From Marinobacterium sp. (lineage in GTDB: Bacteria > Pseudomonadota > Gammaproteobacteria > Pseudomonadales > Balneatricaceae): DNA of 64,000 nucleotides. The notes beneath the pieces are model-generated. The model was not told the origin of the DNA. It saw nothing but the letters and a program-made list of their open reading frames with translations, and did not search any database. The position numbers and the translations under genes were made by a program. The DNA lies in contig JAAZVX010000001.1 of NCBI GenBank assembly GCA_018623095.1, forward strand, positions 7,725-71,724. The letters are read 5' to 3'. Below are positions 10,257 through 20,424 of the stretch, piece after piece. How positions within the stretch are numbered: the first letter of the stretch is position 1; the number at the start of each line of letters is the position of its first letter.

Positions 10257-11771
10257 CTAACCACCTCCTGTTGCAAGGTAAGCATTAAGCTTTGCTTTGT
10301 GCTCCGTATCGATACTTAAGCCTAGCTTCGTTCTTCGCCATAAAATATCTTCAACAGTTTTTGCCCACTCGTTCTCCTGTAACCAGTTCACCTCTAATTC
10401 ATAAAGGCTTGAGCCAAAATGCTGACCTAGATCTTCAATATTGGCTGCCTTACCAAGTATATTGAAAGTGTCTGTACCATAAGTTCTTAGCATTCGTTTT
10501 GCCCAACGGTTGTCAAGGAACGGGTATTTCGTCTGAATCTGATTAAGCAGTTTTATACTATCTGTCAGTTCATAGTCTCCCCCTGGTAATGGGACACCCG
10601 CTGTCCATGCTTTACCCATTTGGGGATGGAATTTTTCTATCTCTTTTAATGCAGACTCAGCTAGTTTTCGATAAGTTGTAATCTTTCCTCCAAACACATT
10701 GAGTGCCGCAGCTTTACCGTCAACCGCATCAACCTTAAGAACGTAGTCCCTAGTTGCCTCTGTGGCTGAGGAGGCATTGTCATCGTAAAGCGGGCGAACA
10801 CCAGAGTAGGTCCAGACAACATCAAACTCTTTAACTGGTTGTTCAAAGTATTCTGATGCGGCTTTCAAAAGATAATCTTGTTCTTCCGGAGTGCAGTACG
10901 CTTTATCAGCAGGACCTTCATGATCCACGTCAGTCGTGCCAATCAATGTGAAGTCATCTTCATAGGGAATGGCAAAAATGATCCGGTTATCGCTCTGTTG
11001 GAAAATATAGGCGCGATCGTGATCATACAGTTTTTTAACAACGATATGACTTCCGCGAACTAGCCTCACACCATGTTTTGAGTTCAGGTGAAGGCTGTTA
11101 TTAAGGACATCGGCTACCCAAGGTCCAGCACAGTTAATTACTGTTTTAGCCTGAACATGCATTTGTTCATTAGTGTTTGAATCTCTAACGGTGACTTGCC
11201 ATAAGCCATCCACTCTTTTTGCGGACTCAACACGTGTCCTAGTGTGAATTTTGGCACCGCGCTCTTGTGCGTCTCTTGCATTAAGAACCACTAAGCGAGC
11301 GTCATCGACCCAGCAATCAGAGTACTCAAACCCTTTCTTTAATGATTTCTTAAGAGGAATACCGGTTTTGTCCTGTGCAAAATTCAGTGTTTTGGTGGCA
11401 GGTAAGATTTTTCTTCCCCCGAGATGGTCGTAGATGAAAAGTCCCACTCTTAATAGCCAGCTAGGACGTAGCCCTTTGTGGTGCGGCAGTACGAATCGAA
11501 GAGGCCAGCTGATATGCGGCATGGCTTGAAGCAAGCGCTCACGTTCGATAAGCGCTTCGCGAACGAGTCTGAACTCGTAATACTCTAGGTAACGCAATCC
11601 GCCGTGAAATAACTTGGTTGAACCTGATGAGGTTGCTTGAGCAAGATCACCCATCTCGAATAGAGAAACACTTAATCCTCTACCAGCAGCATCACGTGCT
11701 ATGCCACAACCGTTTATGCCACCACCTATAATAACCAGGTCTTTTACATCATTATGTTGGAATCTGTTCAT
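10257..11771 (-). CDS. glpD: aerobic glycerol-3-phosphate dehydrogenase
   Basis: GGGINGCGIARDAAGRG FAD motif, ATSSGSTKLFHGGLRYLE, VFGGKITTYR, DILWRRTKLG. Confidence 0.96.
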   Translation of the reverse strand: MNRFQHNDVKDLVIIGGGINGCGIARDAAGRGLSVSLFEMGDLAQATSSGSTKLFHGGLRYLEYYEFRLVREALIERERLLQAMPHISWPLRFVLPHHKGLRPSWLLRVGLFIYDHLGGRKILPATKTLNFAQDKTGIPLKKSLKKGFEYSDCWVDDARLVVLNARDAQERGAKIHTRTRVESAKRVDGLWQVTVRDSNTNEQMHVQAKTVINCAGPWVADVLNNSLHLNSKHGVRLVRGSHIVVKKLYDHDRAYIFQQSDNRIIFAIPYEDDFTLIGTTDVDHEGPADKAYCTPEEQDYLLKAASEYFEQPVKEFDVVWTYSGVRPLYDDNASSATEATRDYVLKVDAVDGKAAALNVFGGKITTYRKLAESALKEIEKFHPQMGKAWTAGVPLPGGDYELTDSIKLLNQIQTKYPFLDNRWAKRMLRTYGTDTFNILGKAANIEDLGQHFGSSLYELEVNWLQENEWAKTVEDILWRRTKLGLSIDTEHKAKLNAYLATGGG

Positions 11772-11788
11772 TTGTGTTGTTTTTCTTC

Positions 11789-11918
11789 ATTCGTTTATAT
11801 TCGTATTAACTGAAAGCTACCAAAAAGAAAATTTAAGTCAATAAAAATTTTCTCTTGACTTCCTTTGCTTTCGTTTGCGAATATCGACTTTAACGAATGA
11901 TTTCTAGATCACTTCGTT
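11789..11918. promoter_or_regulatory. divergent glpD / glp-ABC promoter region with candidate GlpR operators
   Basis: Inverted TTGACT hexamers (minus strand 11836-11841; plus strand 11855-11860); TTCG-N4-CGAA palindrome at 11870-11881; repeated TTCGT half-sites. Confidence 0.55.
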
Positions 11919-11947
11919 GATAAAAATAATGAAGATGGAGAAAGACC

Positions 11948-13681
11948 ATGAAGAAAAAGCTAGCCTTGGCTGTCGCGTTTGCTTCGGCAACAATCACAAG
12001 CGCTGCTTATGCAGACATCAACGCTGCTAAGAAGTGGGTTGATAGTGAGTTTCAACCCTCCGCACTCACTAAAGAGCAACAAATCGAAGAGATGCAGTGG
12101 TTTATTAATGCTGCGAAACCATTCGCAGGAATGGAAATCAATGTGCTCTCAGAAACTATCCCTACACATACTTACGAGTCTACGGTTCTCGCAAAAGCCT
12201 TTGAAGAGATTACGGGTATTAAGGTAAATCACCAATTGCTGGGTGAAGGGGAGGTTGTTCAGGCCGTTCAAACTCAAATGCAGACTAAGCGCAATCTCTA
12301 CGATGCCTATGTGAACGACTCAGATTTAATTGGTACTCACTCCCGTCTTCAGTTGGCTCATAGCTTGACTGATTTCATGAACGGTCCCGCTAAAGACATC
12401 ACTAACCCTAATCTTGATCTAGACGATTTTATGGGGCTTGAGTTTACGACTGGTGCAGATGGCGAAGTATATCAACTGCCAAGTCAGCAGTTTGTTAACC
12501 TTTACTGGTTCCGTAAAGACTGGTTTGATCGCGAAGATCTCCAAAAACAGTTCAAAGATATCTATGGCTATGATCTAGGTGTGCCCGTTAACTGGTCCGC
12601 TTATGAGGACATTGCTGAGTTCTTCTCCGTTCACGTCAAAGAGATTGATGGAACTCCAATCTACGGTCACATGGATTACGGTAAACGTGCACCTGACCTT
12701 GGTTGGCGTATGACGGATGCTTGGTTATCCATGGCGGGTGCCGGTTCTGCTGGTCAACCAAACGGACGTCCTATTGATGAATGGGGTATCCGTATGGAAG
12801 AGGGTAGTTGTAATCCAGCAGGCGCTAGTGTTTCTCGTGGTGGTGCTGCAAACGGTCCTGCTGCAGTATACGCTATTCGTAAGTGGGATGAGTGGCTACG
12901 TAACTATGCTCCTCCTGGTGCCGCATCTTACGACTTCTATCAATCTCTTCCAGCTTTAAGCCAAGGCAATGTTGCTCAACAGATCTTCTGGTACAGCGCG
13001 TTTACGGCTGACATGGTTAAATCCCAAGCTGAGGGTAACAATACGGTTGATGCTGAAGGAACACCATTGTGGCGTATGGCTCCAAGCCCTCACGGCCCAT
13101 ACTGGCAAGAAGGTCAGAAGGTTGGTTACCAGGATGTTGGTTCTTGGACCATCCTAAAATCGACACCTGAAGATCGCGCCAAAGCGGCTTGGTTGTATGC
13201 TCAGTTTGTGACTTCAAAAACAGTTGATGTGAAAAAGTCGCACGTGGGTCTCACCTTCATTCGTGACTCCTCTATTAATCACGAATCCTTCACAGAGCGA
13301 GCTCCAAAACTGGGTGGTCTAGTTGAGTTCTACCGTTCACCAGATCGTAATATGTGGTCCCCAACCGGTGTCAACGTTCCTGACTATCCAAAGCTGGCTC
13401 AAATTTGGTGGCAACAGATTGGTGACGTGAACTCTGGCGCATTTACACCTCAAGAGGCTATGGATCGTCTAGCTGAAGAAATGGATATCACTATGGCTCG
13501 TATGGAACGTGCTGATAAAGGTGCAGGCGTTTACGGCGGTTGTGGTCCTCGTCTGAACGAAGAGAAAGATCCCTCTTACTGGTTGGGTCGTGAAGGTGGT
13601 CCTAAGGCTAAACTTGCAAATGAGAAGCCACAGGGTCAAACCGTTAATTATGATGAGCTTGTTAAAAGCTGGACTAACTAA
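11948..13681 (+). CDS. glycerol/sugar ABC transporter substrate-binding protein (GlpV-like)
   Basis: Signal peptide and 577-aa extracellular solute-binding fold; heads an ABC operon lying between glpD and glpK. Confidence 0.85.
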   Translation: MKKKLALAVAFASATITSAAYADINAAKKWVDSEFQPSALTKEQQIEEMQWFINAAKPFAGMEINVLSETIPTHTYESTVLAKAFEEITGIKVNHQLLGEGEVVQAVQTQMQTKRNLYDAYVNDSDLIGTHSRLQLAHSLTDFMNGPAKDITNPNLDLDDFMGLEFTTGADGEVYQLPSQQFVNLYWFRKDWFDREDLQKQFKDIYGYDLGVPVNWSAYEDIAEFFSVHVKEIDGTPIYGHMDYGKRAPDLGWRMTDAWLSMAGAGSAGQPNGRPIDEWGIRMEEGSCNPAGASVSRGGAANGPAAVYAIRKWDEWLRNYAPPGAASYDFYQSLPALSQGNVAQQIFWYSAFTADMVKSQAEGNNTVDAEGTPLWRMAPSPHGPYWQEGQKVGYQDVGSWTILKSTPEDRAKAAWLYAQFVTSKTVDVKKSHVGLTFIRDSSINHESFTERAPKLGGLVEFYRSPDRNMWSPTGVNVPDYPKLAQIWWQQIGDVNSGAFTPQEAMDRLAEEMDITMARMERADKGAGVYGGCGPRLNEEKDPSYWLGREGGPKAKLANEKPQGQTVNYDELVKSWTN

Positions 13682-13690
13682 CGGTTAAAA

Positions 13691-13713
13691 CGAGAGGGCT
13701 AATGGCCCTCTCG
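13691..13713 (+). terminator. intercistronic stem-loop after the binding-protein gene
   Basis: cgagagggc-taatg-gccctctcg followed by atttcttt. Confidence 0.65.
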
Positions 13714-13736
13714 ATTTCTTTCCCAGAGATATTTCC

Positions 13737-14801
13737 ATGAAATTAGAATTAAAAGATGTTGCGAAGCGCGTCGGCGCCGAAATGCACATACACGAGACAA
13801 ATCTTGTTCTTGAACCTGGTGAGTTTAACGTTTTATTGGGTGCGACTAACGCCGGTAAAACAACACTGATGAAACTGATGGCAGGATTGGATACGCCCAC
13901 GAGTGGCTCGGTTTTGTTTGGCGGCGTAGATGTTACGAAAACACCACCGCAAAAGAGAAGCATCAGTTTTGTGCATCAGTTCTTCATTAACTATCCCCAT
14001 TTAAGTGTACGAGATAACATTATTTCACCACTTAAATTATCAAAAATGTCTGATGCGGAGATTAATAAACGACTGGAATCCACAGTTGATTTGCTTCGGT
14101 TAGGACCAATGTTGGATCGAAAGCCACATGAGCTTTCAGGTGGCCAACAGCAGCGCTGTGCTTTAGCTAGGGCGCTGATTAAAGACTCTACAGCTGTCTT
14201 TCTTGATGAACCTCTTGCTAACTTAGATTACAAATTGCGTGAAGAGTTACGTGCAGAGTTGCCCGCTATTTTTGCGGATCGTGGTTCAATTGTTGTTTAC
14301 GCCACATCCGAACCTGCTGAAGCCTTGATGTTAGGTGGTCATACCGCAGCTCTTAATGAAGGTCATATTGCTCAGTTTGGTGCAACTTCTGATGTTTACC
14401 GTACGCCAATCAACCAGACTGCAGCGGAAGTGTTCTCTGACCCTCCTTTAAATACAACCAGTGTCAAAAAGTTTGATGGTCGCATTCATGTGAATGAAAC
14501 CTTGAGCTGGCCTGCAGAGGGTGTCGCTAAGAGTATGCAGGATGGCAACTATACATTGGCTGTTCGCCCTCATTTTGTCAGTCCGACTGGACATGGTGAT
14601 AGTGCTGTTGAGTTAAGTGGGCGTATTCAGGTCACTGAATTATCAGGTTCAGAAAGTGTCGCTCATTTTTCAATGGGGAGTGGTACTTGGGTTTCACAAG
14701 CGAATGGACTGCACCCATTCAAGGTGGGAGAGCACCATCATTTTTATCTTGATAGCAGTAAATGCTTCTACTTTGATTCCCACGGACAAGCGGTTAGGTA
14801 G
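13737..14801 (+). CDS. ABC transporter ATP-binding protein (GlpS-like)
   Basis: Walker A variant GATNAGKT, signature LSGGQQQR, Walker B FLDEP, TOBE-like C-terminus. Confidence 0.9.
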   Translation: MKLELKDVAKRVGAEMHIHETNLVLEPGEFNVLLGATNAGKTTLMKLMAGLDTPTSGSVLFGGVDVTKTPPQKRSISFVHQFFINYPHLSVRDNIISPLKLSKMSDAEINKRLESTVDLLRLGPMLDRKPHELSGGQQQRCALARALIKDSTAVFLDEPLANLDYKLREELRAELPAIFADRGSIVVYATSEPAEALMLGGHTAALNEGHIAQFGATSDVYRTPINQTAAEVFSDPPLNTTSVKKFDGRIHVNETLSWPAEGVAKSMQDGNYTLAVRPHFVSPTGHGDSAVELSGRIQVTELSGSESVAHFSMGSGTWVSQANGLHPFKVGEHHHFYLDSSKCFYFDSHGQAVR

Positions 14802-14806
14802 TAACA

Positions 14807-15895
14807 ATGGCTAAAATAAAACTTGATAACATAAGACACTCCTACTACCCCAATCCATCGTCTGATGATGATTTTGCCTTGAAAAGGGTTCACTTTGATT
14901 GGGATGATGGCGGCGCTTACGCTCTATTGGGCCCCTCTGGTTGTGGTAAAACAACCTTGCTAAATATCATTTCGGGTCTTTTAGAGCCGAGTCATGGCAA
15001 GTTGCTTTTTGATGAAACTGAGGTCACAAGCCTCTCTCCATCAGAGCGAAATATAGCCCAAGTATTTCAGTTTCCAGTGATCTACGACACGATGACGGTT
15101 TACGATAACTTGGCTTTTCCGTTGAGAAATCGAGGGGTCGATGAAGCTAGGATCGATGTGAAAGTTAGAGAGATCTCATCAATGCTGGAGATCGATGATC
15201 TTTTACAAACAAAAGCGGCAGGGCTTTCCCCAGATAACAAGCAAAAAATCTCGCTAGGTCGAGGCTTGGTGCGAGAGGATGTTAACGTCATCATGTTTGA
15301 TGAACCGTTAACTGTCATTGATCCACATCTGAAGTGGAAGCTTCGCTCTAAGCTGAAAGAACTGCACCAAAAAGTCAAAACAACAATGATCTATGTGACG
15401 CATGACCAGACAGAGGCGCTCACATTTGCTGATCAGGTAGTGGTAATGAACTTCGGTCAGGTGCTGCAGGTTGGTACGCCAGATGCGCTATTTGAACGAC
15501 CTGAACATACGTTTGTCGGCCACTTTATCGGTTCACCAGGTATGAATGTCTTGCCTGTTGAAATTGTTGACGGTCAAGTATCACTGGGTGGCCATGTCGT
15601 TGAAGTAAGCAGTCCTCTTGTTGAGGCAGAGGGTAAGTCTTTAGAGATAGGCGTACGCCCCGAATTTGTGAGAATTTCCGAGCAAGGAATACCGGCAACA
15701 GTAGTCAATGTTATGGACGTTGGACGTCATAAAGTCCTACAAACAATAGTCGGGACACAAAAGGTCTTTGCCGTTTTGAATGAAGATCAACCTGTTCCTG
15801 AAGGGAGCACTTACCTTTCTTTTGATAAGCCACAAACTCGTCTTTATAAAGATGGATGGTTGGTAGATCTAACCTATGAGTACGAGGTTTTATAG
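14807..15895 (+). CDS. ABC transporter ATP-binding protein (Rhizobium GlpT-like NBD)
   Basis: GPSGCGKTT, degenerate signature LSPDNKQK, MFDEP, YVTHDQ. Confidence 0.9.
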   Translation: MAKIKLDNIRHSYYPNPSSDDDFALKRVHFDWDDGGAYALLGPSGCGKTTLLNIISGLLEPSHGKLLFDETEVTSLSPSERNIAQVFQFPVIYDTMTVYDNLAFPLRNRGVDEARIDVKVREISSMLEIDDLLQTKAAGLSPDNKQKISLGRGLVREDVNVIMFDEPLTVIDPHLKWKLRSKLKELHQKVKTTMIYVTHDQTEALTFADQVVVMNFGQVLQVGTPDALFERPEHTFVGHFIGSPGMNVLPVEIVDGQVSLGGHVVEVSSPLVEAEGKSLEIGVRPEFVRISEQGIPATVVNVMDVGRHKVLQTIVGTQKVFAVLNEDQPVPEGSTYLSFDKPQTRLYKDGWLVDLTYEYEVL

Positions 15896-15897
15896 CA

Positions 15898-16758
15898 ATG
15901 AAAACCGAAAACCCTAGAGCATGGCTCCTCGTTTTACCTGTGATTTTGTTGGTGGCGTTTAACGCTCTTATACCACTGATGACAGTTGTGAATTACTCTG
16001 TTCAAGAGACGTTTGGTAATAATGTCTTTTTTTGGCAGGGTGTAGATTGGTTTGAGCAGGTTCTGCATTCAGAACGCTTTCATGATGCCTTGGGGAGACA
16101 GTTCCTGTTCACGGGCATAATTCTCGCAGTGGAAATTCCACTCGGTGTTGCAATTGCCTTGGCGATGCCTCGAAAGGGAATCTGGGTTCCTGTCTGCTTA
16201 ATTTTAATGTCTCTGCCACTCCTCATTCCATGGAATGTTGTTGGTGCAATGTGGAACATCTTTACTCTCCCAGATATTGGCCTAATGGGCTACGGGTTAA
16301 ACTGGCTTGGTATTGATTACAACATGACTCAGAGTCCTCTTGCTGCGTGGGTTACTCTGATCATTATGGATGTTTGGCATTGGACCTCGTTAGTTGTTTT
16401 GCTCTCTTATGCAGGTCTTGTCTCAATTCCAGATGCCTACTATCAAGCGGCTGAGATTGATGGTGCCTCTAAATGGTCTGTCTTTAGATACATTCAATTA
16501 CCTAAGATGAAGCAGGTTTTAATGATTGCGATCCTTTTACGCTTTATGGATAGCTTCATGATCTATACAGAACCGTTCGTATTGACCGGTGGAGGTCCAG
16601 GTAATTCCACAACACTACTGTCTATCGATTTGGTTAAAGTGGCTCTTGGTCAGTTTGACCTAGGACCTGCTGCAGCCATGTCACTCATATACTTCGCGAT
16701 CACTCTACTGGTGAGTTGGGTGTTCTACACAATAATGAACAAAGATGTGAAGGAATAA
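15898..16758 (+). CDS. carbohydrate ABC transporter permease (GlpP-like)
   Basis: EAA loop YYQAAEIDGASKW; multiple TM helices. Confidence 0.9.
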   Translation: MKTENPRAWLLVLPVILLVAFNALIPLMTVVNYSVQETFGNNVFFWQGVDWFEQVLHSERFHDALGRQFLFTGIILAVEIPLGVAIALAMPRKGIWVPVCLILMSLPLLIPWNVVGAMWNIFTLPDIGLMGYGLNWLGIDYNMTQSPLAAWVTLIIMDVWHWTSLVVLLSYAGLVSIPDAYYQAAEIDGASKWSVFRYIQLPKMKQVLMIAILLRFMDSFMIYTEPFVLTGGGPGNSTTLLSIDLVKVALGQFDLGPAAAMSLIYFAITLLVSWVFYTIMNKDVKE

Positions 16759-16767
16759 GGGGGCGAT

Positions 16768-17565
16768 ATGAAACTTAAAAGCTTAGCGCCAATTTTGTAC
16801 ATTATCTTTTTGATGCTTCCTATTTACTGGTTGCTTTCAATGAGTTTTAAAACAACTAACGAAATTTTGAGTGGCTTCTCTTTTTTTCCACAAGAGTGGA
16901 CGCTTGAAAACTATGCTGTCATTTTTAATGACCCGACATGGTATTGGGGTTACATAAACTCCACTACCTATGTGTTAATCAATACGGTTATCTCTTTGTG
17001 TGTAGCCCTTCCGGCAGCATACGCATTCAGTCGCTACCGTTTTATGGGTGATAAGCATCTATTCTTTTGGTTGCTGACTAACCGAATGGCACCACCGGCA
17101 GTATTTGCCTTGCCATTCTTTCAGTTGTACTCGGCCGTTGGCTTATTTGATACTCATATTGCTGTGGCTTTAGCCCACTGTCTTTTCAACATCCCGCTTG
17201 CTGTATGGATATTGGAAGGATTCATGAAAAGCATCCCCAAAGAGTTAGATGAAACTGCTTATGTCGATGGCTACTCGTTCCCACGATTCTTTGTGACAAT
17301 TTTTATGCCAAATATCAAAGCGGGTATTGGGGTGGCAGCTTTCTTTTGCTTCATGTTCTCTTGGGTCGAATTGTTGTTGGCAAAAACCTTAACCTCCATC
17401 GATGCTAAGCCGATCGCAGCAACAATGACCAAAACTGCATCGAGTGCTGGATATGAGCTTGGTCTGTTAGCAGCCGCTGGGTGTTTGACCATTATCCCAG
17501 GTGCGATTGTGGTCTATTTCGTTAGAAATCATATTGCGAAAGGTTTCGCTATGGGGAGGGTGTAA
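16768..17565 (+). CDS. carbohydrate ABC transporter permease (Rhizobium GlpQ-like)
   Basis: EAA loop ELDETAYVDGYS; MalG-like TM pattern. Confidence 0.9.
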   Translation: MKLKSLAPILYIIFLMLPIYWLLSMSFKTTNEILSGFSFFPQEWTLENYAVIFNDPTWYWGYINSTTYVLINTVISLCVALPAAYAFSRYRFMGDKHLFFWLLTNRMAPPAVFALPFFQLYSAVGLFDTHIAVALAHCLFNIPLAVWILEGFMKSIPKELDETAYVDGYSFPRFFVTIFMPNIKAGIGVAAFFCFMFSWVELLLAKTLTSIDAKPIAATMTKTASSAGYELGLLAAAGCLTIIPGAIVVYFVRNHIAKGFAMGRV

Positions 17566-17843
17566 TGTTTAGTTGGATGGCTTGGACGTTACCTACAGCT
17601 TTGGTATTCGTTTTTATTTTCTCATGCATTGGTATTCTGGCATTCCTAGAAGTTAAATATCCTGGAGGAGCGGAGCGAACGGGCGTATTTGGTATTACAA
17701 CCACCCGAGGTGATCGTCTGTTTATCTCGATCTTGGGTACAGTGTTTATTATGCTTGGTTGGTTGGGATTGATGGGGACGCCTTTGTGGGGTGGTTTAAC
17801 TCTATCAATTATTTGGGCTGTATTCGTTTTTAGGAAAGTCTAG
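17565..17843 (+). CDS. small membrane protein DUF2160 (GlpU-like)
   Basis: MFSWMAWT...[13 protein letters not shown]; 92 aa with TM helices; translationally coupled on both sides. Confidence 0.8.
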   Translation: MFSWMAWTLPTALVFVFIFSCIGILAFLEVKYPGGAERTGVFGITTTRGDRLFISILGTVFIMLGWLGLMGTPLWGGLTLSIIWAVFVFRKV

Positions 17844-19357
17844 TGGATAAATACGTTCTCTCTATCGACCAAGGGACCACCTCATCGCGAGCAATTTTAT
17901 TTGATAAGGATCTTAAAATTGTCTCGTCTGGTCAGCAGGAATTTACTCAGTATTTCCCTAATTCAGGGTGGGTAGAACATGATCCTGAAGAGATATGGTC
18001 CACGACTGCCGGTGTTTGTCGTCAAGCCATTGAGATGGGTGGTATAGATAGCTCCAATATAAAAGCTATAGGCATAACCAATCAGCGCGAAACGGTCGTT
18101 GTTTGGAATAAACATACTGGAAAGGCTGTCTATAACGCGATTGTCTGGCAAGACCGACGTACGGGTGAGTTTTGTAACGAGTTGAAGTCTAAAGGTTACG
18201 AACAAACCTTTATCGATAAAACCGGTCTATTACTTGACCCCTATTTTTCTGGCACAAAACTCGCTTGGATATTAGATAATGTCGAAGGTGCTCGCACCTC
18301 GGCGGAGTCCGGTGATTTGTTGTTTGGCACGGTAGATTGTTACCTTATTTGGCGCCTTACAGGTGGGGCTGTTCATGCAACTGACGCTACTAATGCGTCC
18401 AGAACATTAATCTATAACATTCATGATGGTTGCTGGGATGAGGAGCTTCTGTCTTTACTTGATATACCAGCATGCATGCTACCTGAGGTTAAAAACTGTG
18501 CGGATGACTTTGGCAAAACACGTGAAGATCTGTTCGGTGGAAATGCTATTCCGATCTGTGGTGTTGCAGGGGATCAGCAAGCCGCTACGATAGGTCAGGC
18601 TTGTTTTAGACCAGGTATGCTCAAGTCCACATACGGAACAGGCTGTTTTGCTCTTCTAAATACTGGGGAGCAATGTGTGAAGTCTGAGCATCGCCTTCTT
18701 AGTACTATTGCCTATCAGCTGAATGGGAAGCCAACCTACGCACTAGAGGGTTCTATTTTCATTGCGGGTGCTGTCGTTCAATGGTTGCGCGATGGTTTGA
18801 AGATTATTCGTGATGCAAAAGATACCGAAGCATTAGCGAGTGAGGCCAAACCAGAGAATCGTGTCTATTTAGTCCCAGCATTTACAGGCCTTGGCGCTCC
18901 TTATTGGGATACAGAGTGTCGAGGTGCCATTTTTGGTTTGACTCGCGACACTGGATTTGCTGATTTGGCCAGAGCTGCGCTTCGATCCGTTGCATACCAG
19001 ACTCGCGATCTGTCTGACGCTATGCGATCAGATTGGATTAACTCTGGCGGTACCAATGTTGAATCTGTTCTTCGGATCGATGGCGGTATGGTCGCTAACG
19101 ATTGGATGGCTCAATCTCTTTCGGATATTTTGCAAGCTCCTGTTGATCGCCCGGAAATTATTGAAACAACAGCATTGGGTGCTGCTTGGCTAGCGGGTAT
19201 GCATGTTGGTTTTTATCCAGACCAAGAGGGTTTTGCAAAAACTTGGGCACTGAATCATCATTTTGAACCGCTTATGACCGTTGAGGATGCCAACGAGCGT
19301 TACGCTGGTTGGCGTGACTCGGTTGCAAGACTTCTCATCAACCCTAATAACCTCTGA
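17843..19357 (+). CDS. glpK: glycerol kinase
   Basis: [58 protein letters not shown]; GTG start overlaps the upstream TAG. Confidence 0.97.
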   Translation: MDKYVLSIDQGTTSSRAILFDKDLKIVSSGQQEFTQYFPNSGWVEHDPEEIWSTTAGVCRQAIEMGGIDSSNIKAIGITNQRETVVVWNKHTGKAVYNAIVWQDRRTGEFCNELKSKGYEQTFIDKTGLLLDPYFSGTKLAWILDNVEGARTSAESGDLLFGTVDCYLIWRLTGGAVHATDATNASRTLIYNIHDGCWDEELLSLLDIPACMLPEVKNCADDFGKTREDLFGGNAIPICGVAGDQQAATIGQACFRPGMLKSTYGTGCFALLNTGEQCVKSEHRLLSTIAYQLNGKPTYALEGSIFIAGAVVQWLRDGLKIIRDAKDTEALASEAKPENRVYLVPAFTGLGAPYWDTECRGAIFGLTRDTGFADLARAALRSVAYQTRDLSDAMRSDWINSGGTNVESVLRIDGGMVANDWMAQSLSDILQAPVDRPEIIETTALGAAWLAGMHVGFYPDQEGFAKTWALNHHFEPLMTVEDANERYAGWRDSVARLLINPNNL

Positions 19358-19399
19358 TGTACCATTAAAGACACAATTTTCTCCAATCCAATTAGTCTT

Positions 19400-19425
19400 G
19401 CCGGCGTACCTAACGCCGGTTTTTT
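19400..19425 (+). terminator. rho-independent terminator of the glp operon
   Basis: gccggcgt/acgccggt stem followed by a T-tract. Confidence 0.7.
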
Positions 19426-20320
19426 ATGGAACTTCAGACCCTTTTGCCGCTGTCATGAGTTCAAACCAGGTCTCTCGATCAAGCTCAACATGATTGACCT
19501 GATTAAGTGCCTCTATTCGATCTAGATTGTTTGTGCCAACAACAGGAAGAATATTGGCTGGGTGCATTCTTAACCATGCCAGTGCGATATGTTCACGCTG
19601 GCACTGTTGGCTCTGCTCAATTCTACTAAGTAGGCTCTCAAGCTCTGAATTAAGTGGTTGGTTAAACAGCTGGCCACCAGCCAGTGGGGACCAGGCCATT
19701 GGTAGCAGCTGATCGAGTTGCATCGCTTCCAGCGTTCCATCCCAGAGTGAACTCTGTTCAAAGAGATTGATTTCGATTTGATTGGTGATCAGTCGATTCG
19801 TCATTTTCGACTGGAGTAGTTTCCATTGCCAAACTGAAAAGTTAGAGACACCTACGGATCTGACTAACCCCTCTTTAATGAGTTCATCCAATGCTGAGCC
19901 GGTCTCTTCGGCATCCATTAAAGGATCAGGTCTGTGTATTAAAAGGGTGTCTAAATGGTCTGTATGTAAGTGTATTAGACTCTGTTTAACCTGCTGGAAA
20001 ATGTAGTCTCGCGAGGTGTCGTAGTATTTTACCCGTCGTTCTGGGTATTTATCTGAGATCAGTGCTATATCACATTTGCTAATCAACTCCATCTGACGTC
20101 TCAGGGATGGATCGGCTTGCAGCGCTTCACCAAAGAGCTGCTCACACTGATAATCACCATAGATATCGGCGTGATCAAAGGTGGTGATGCCCTGATCCAA
20201 ACAGGCGTGGATTTTGGCTGCAGTGTTTGATGTCGAGGGGTTAGATTCAGCCAGGCGCCAAACGCCATAAGCGAGTTCGCTGAATGTTAAATCTGTTTGA
20301 AGAGTTTGAATGCGTCTCAC
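19424..20320 (-). CDS. aldo/keto reductase (YdhF-like)
   Basis: GITTFDHADIYG, ISKCDI, LLIHRPDPLMD, VGVSNF, AWSPLAGG. Confidence 0.9.
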   Translation of the reverse strand: MRRIQTLQTDLTFSELAYGVWRLAESNPSTSNTAAKIHACLDQGITTFDHADIYGDYQCEQLFGEALQADPSLRRQMELISKCDIALISDKYPERRVKYYDTSRDYIFQQVKQSLIHLHTDHLDTLLIHRPDPLMDAEETGSALDELIKEGLVRSVGVSNFSVWQWKLLQSKMTNRLITNQIEINLFEQSSLWDGTLEAMQLDQLLPMAWSPLAGGQLFNQPLNSELESLLSRIEQSQQCQREHIALAWLRMHPANILPVVGTNNLDRIEALNQVNHVELDRETWFELMTAAKGSEVP

Positions 20321-20386
20321 TCTGAAGTCCTATTACTGAATTTTTATCAGTCTAATCAGAGTGAAAGGGTGTATCAATAGGGGCTA

Positions 20387-20420
20387 ATAAGCCCTGTAGA
20401 TTGTTAACTACAGGGCTTAT
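20387..20420 (-). terminator. perfect 13-bp inverted repeat after the fasciclin gene
   Basis: ataagccctgtag-N8-ctacagggcttat, 4 nt past the stop codon. Confidence 0.65.
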
Positions 20421-20424
20421 CGGT

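Noticed and set aside
9392-19425. glp block as a mobile element or genomic island with att sites
   Set aside because: I saw no integrase, transposase, tRNA target or flanking direct repeat; only composition and gene content hint at transfer.
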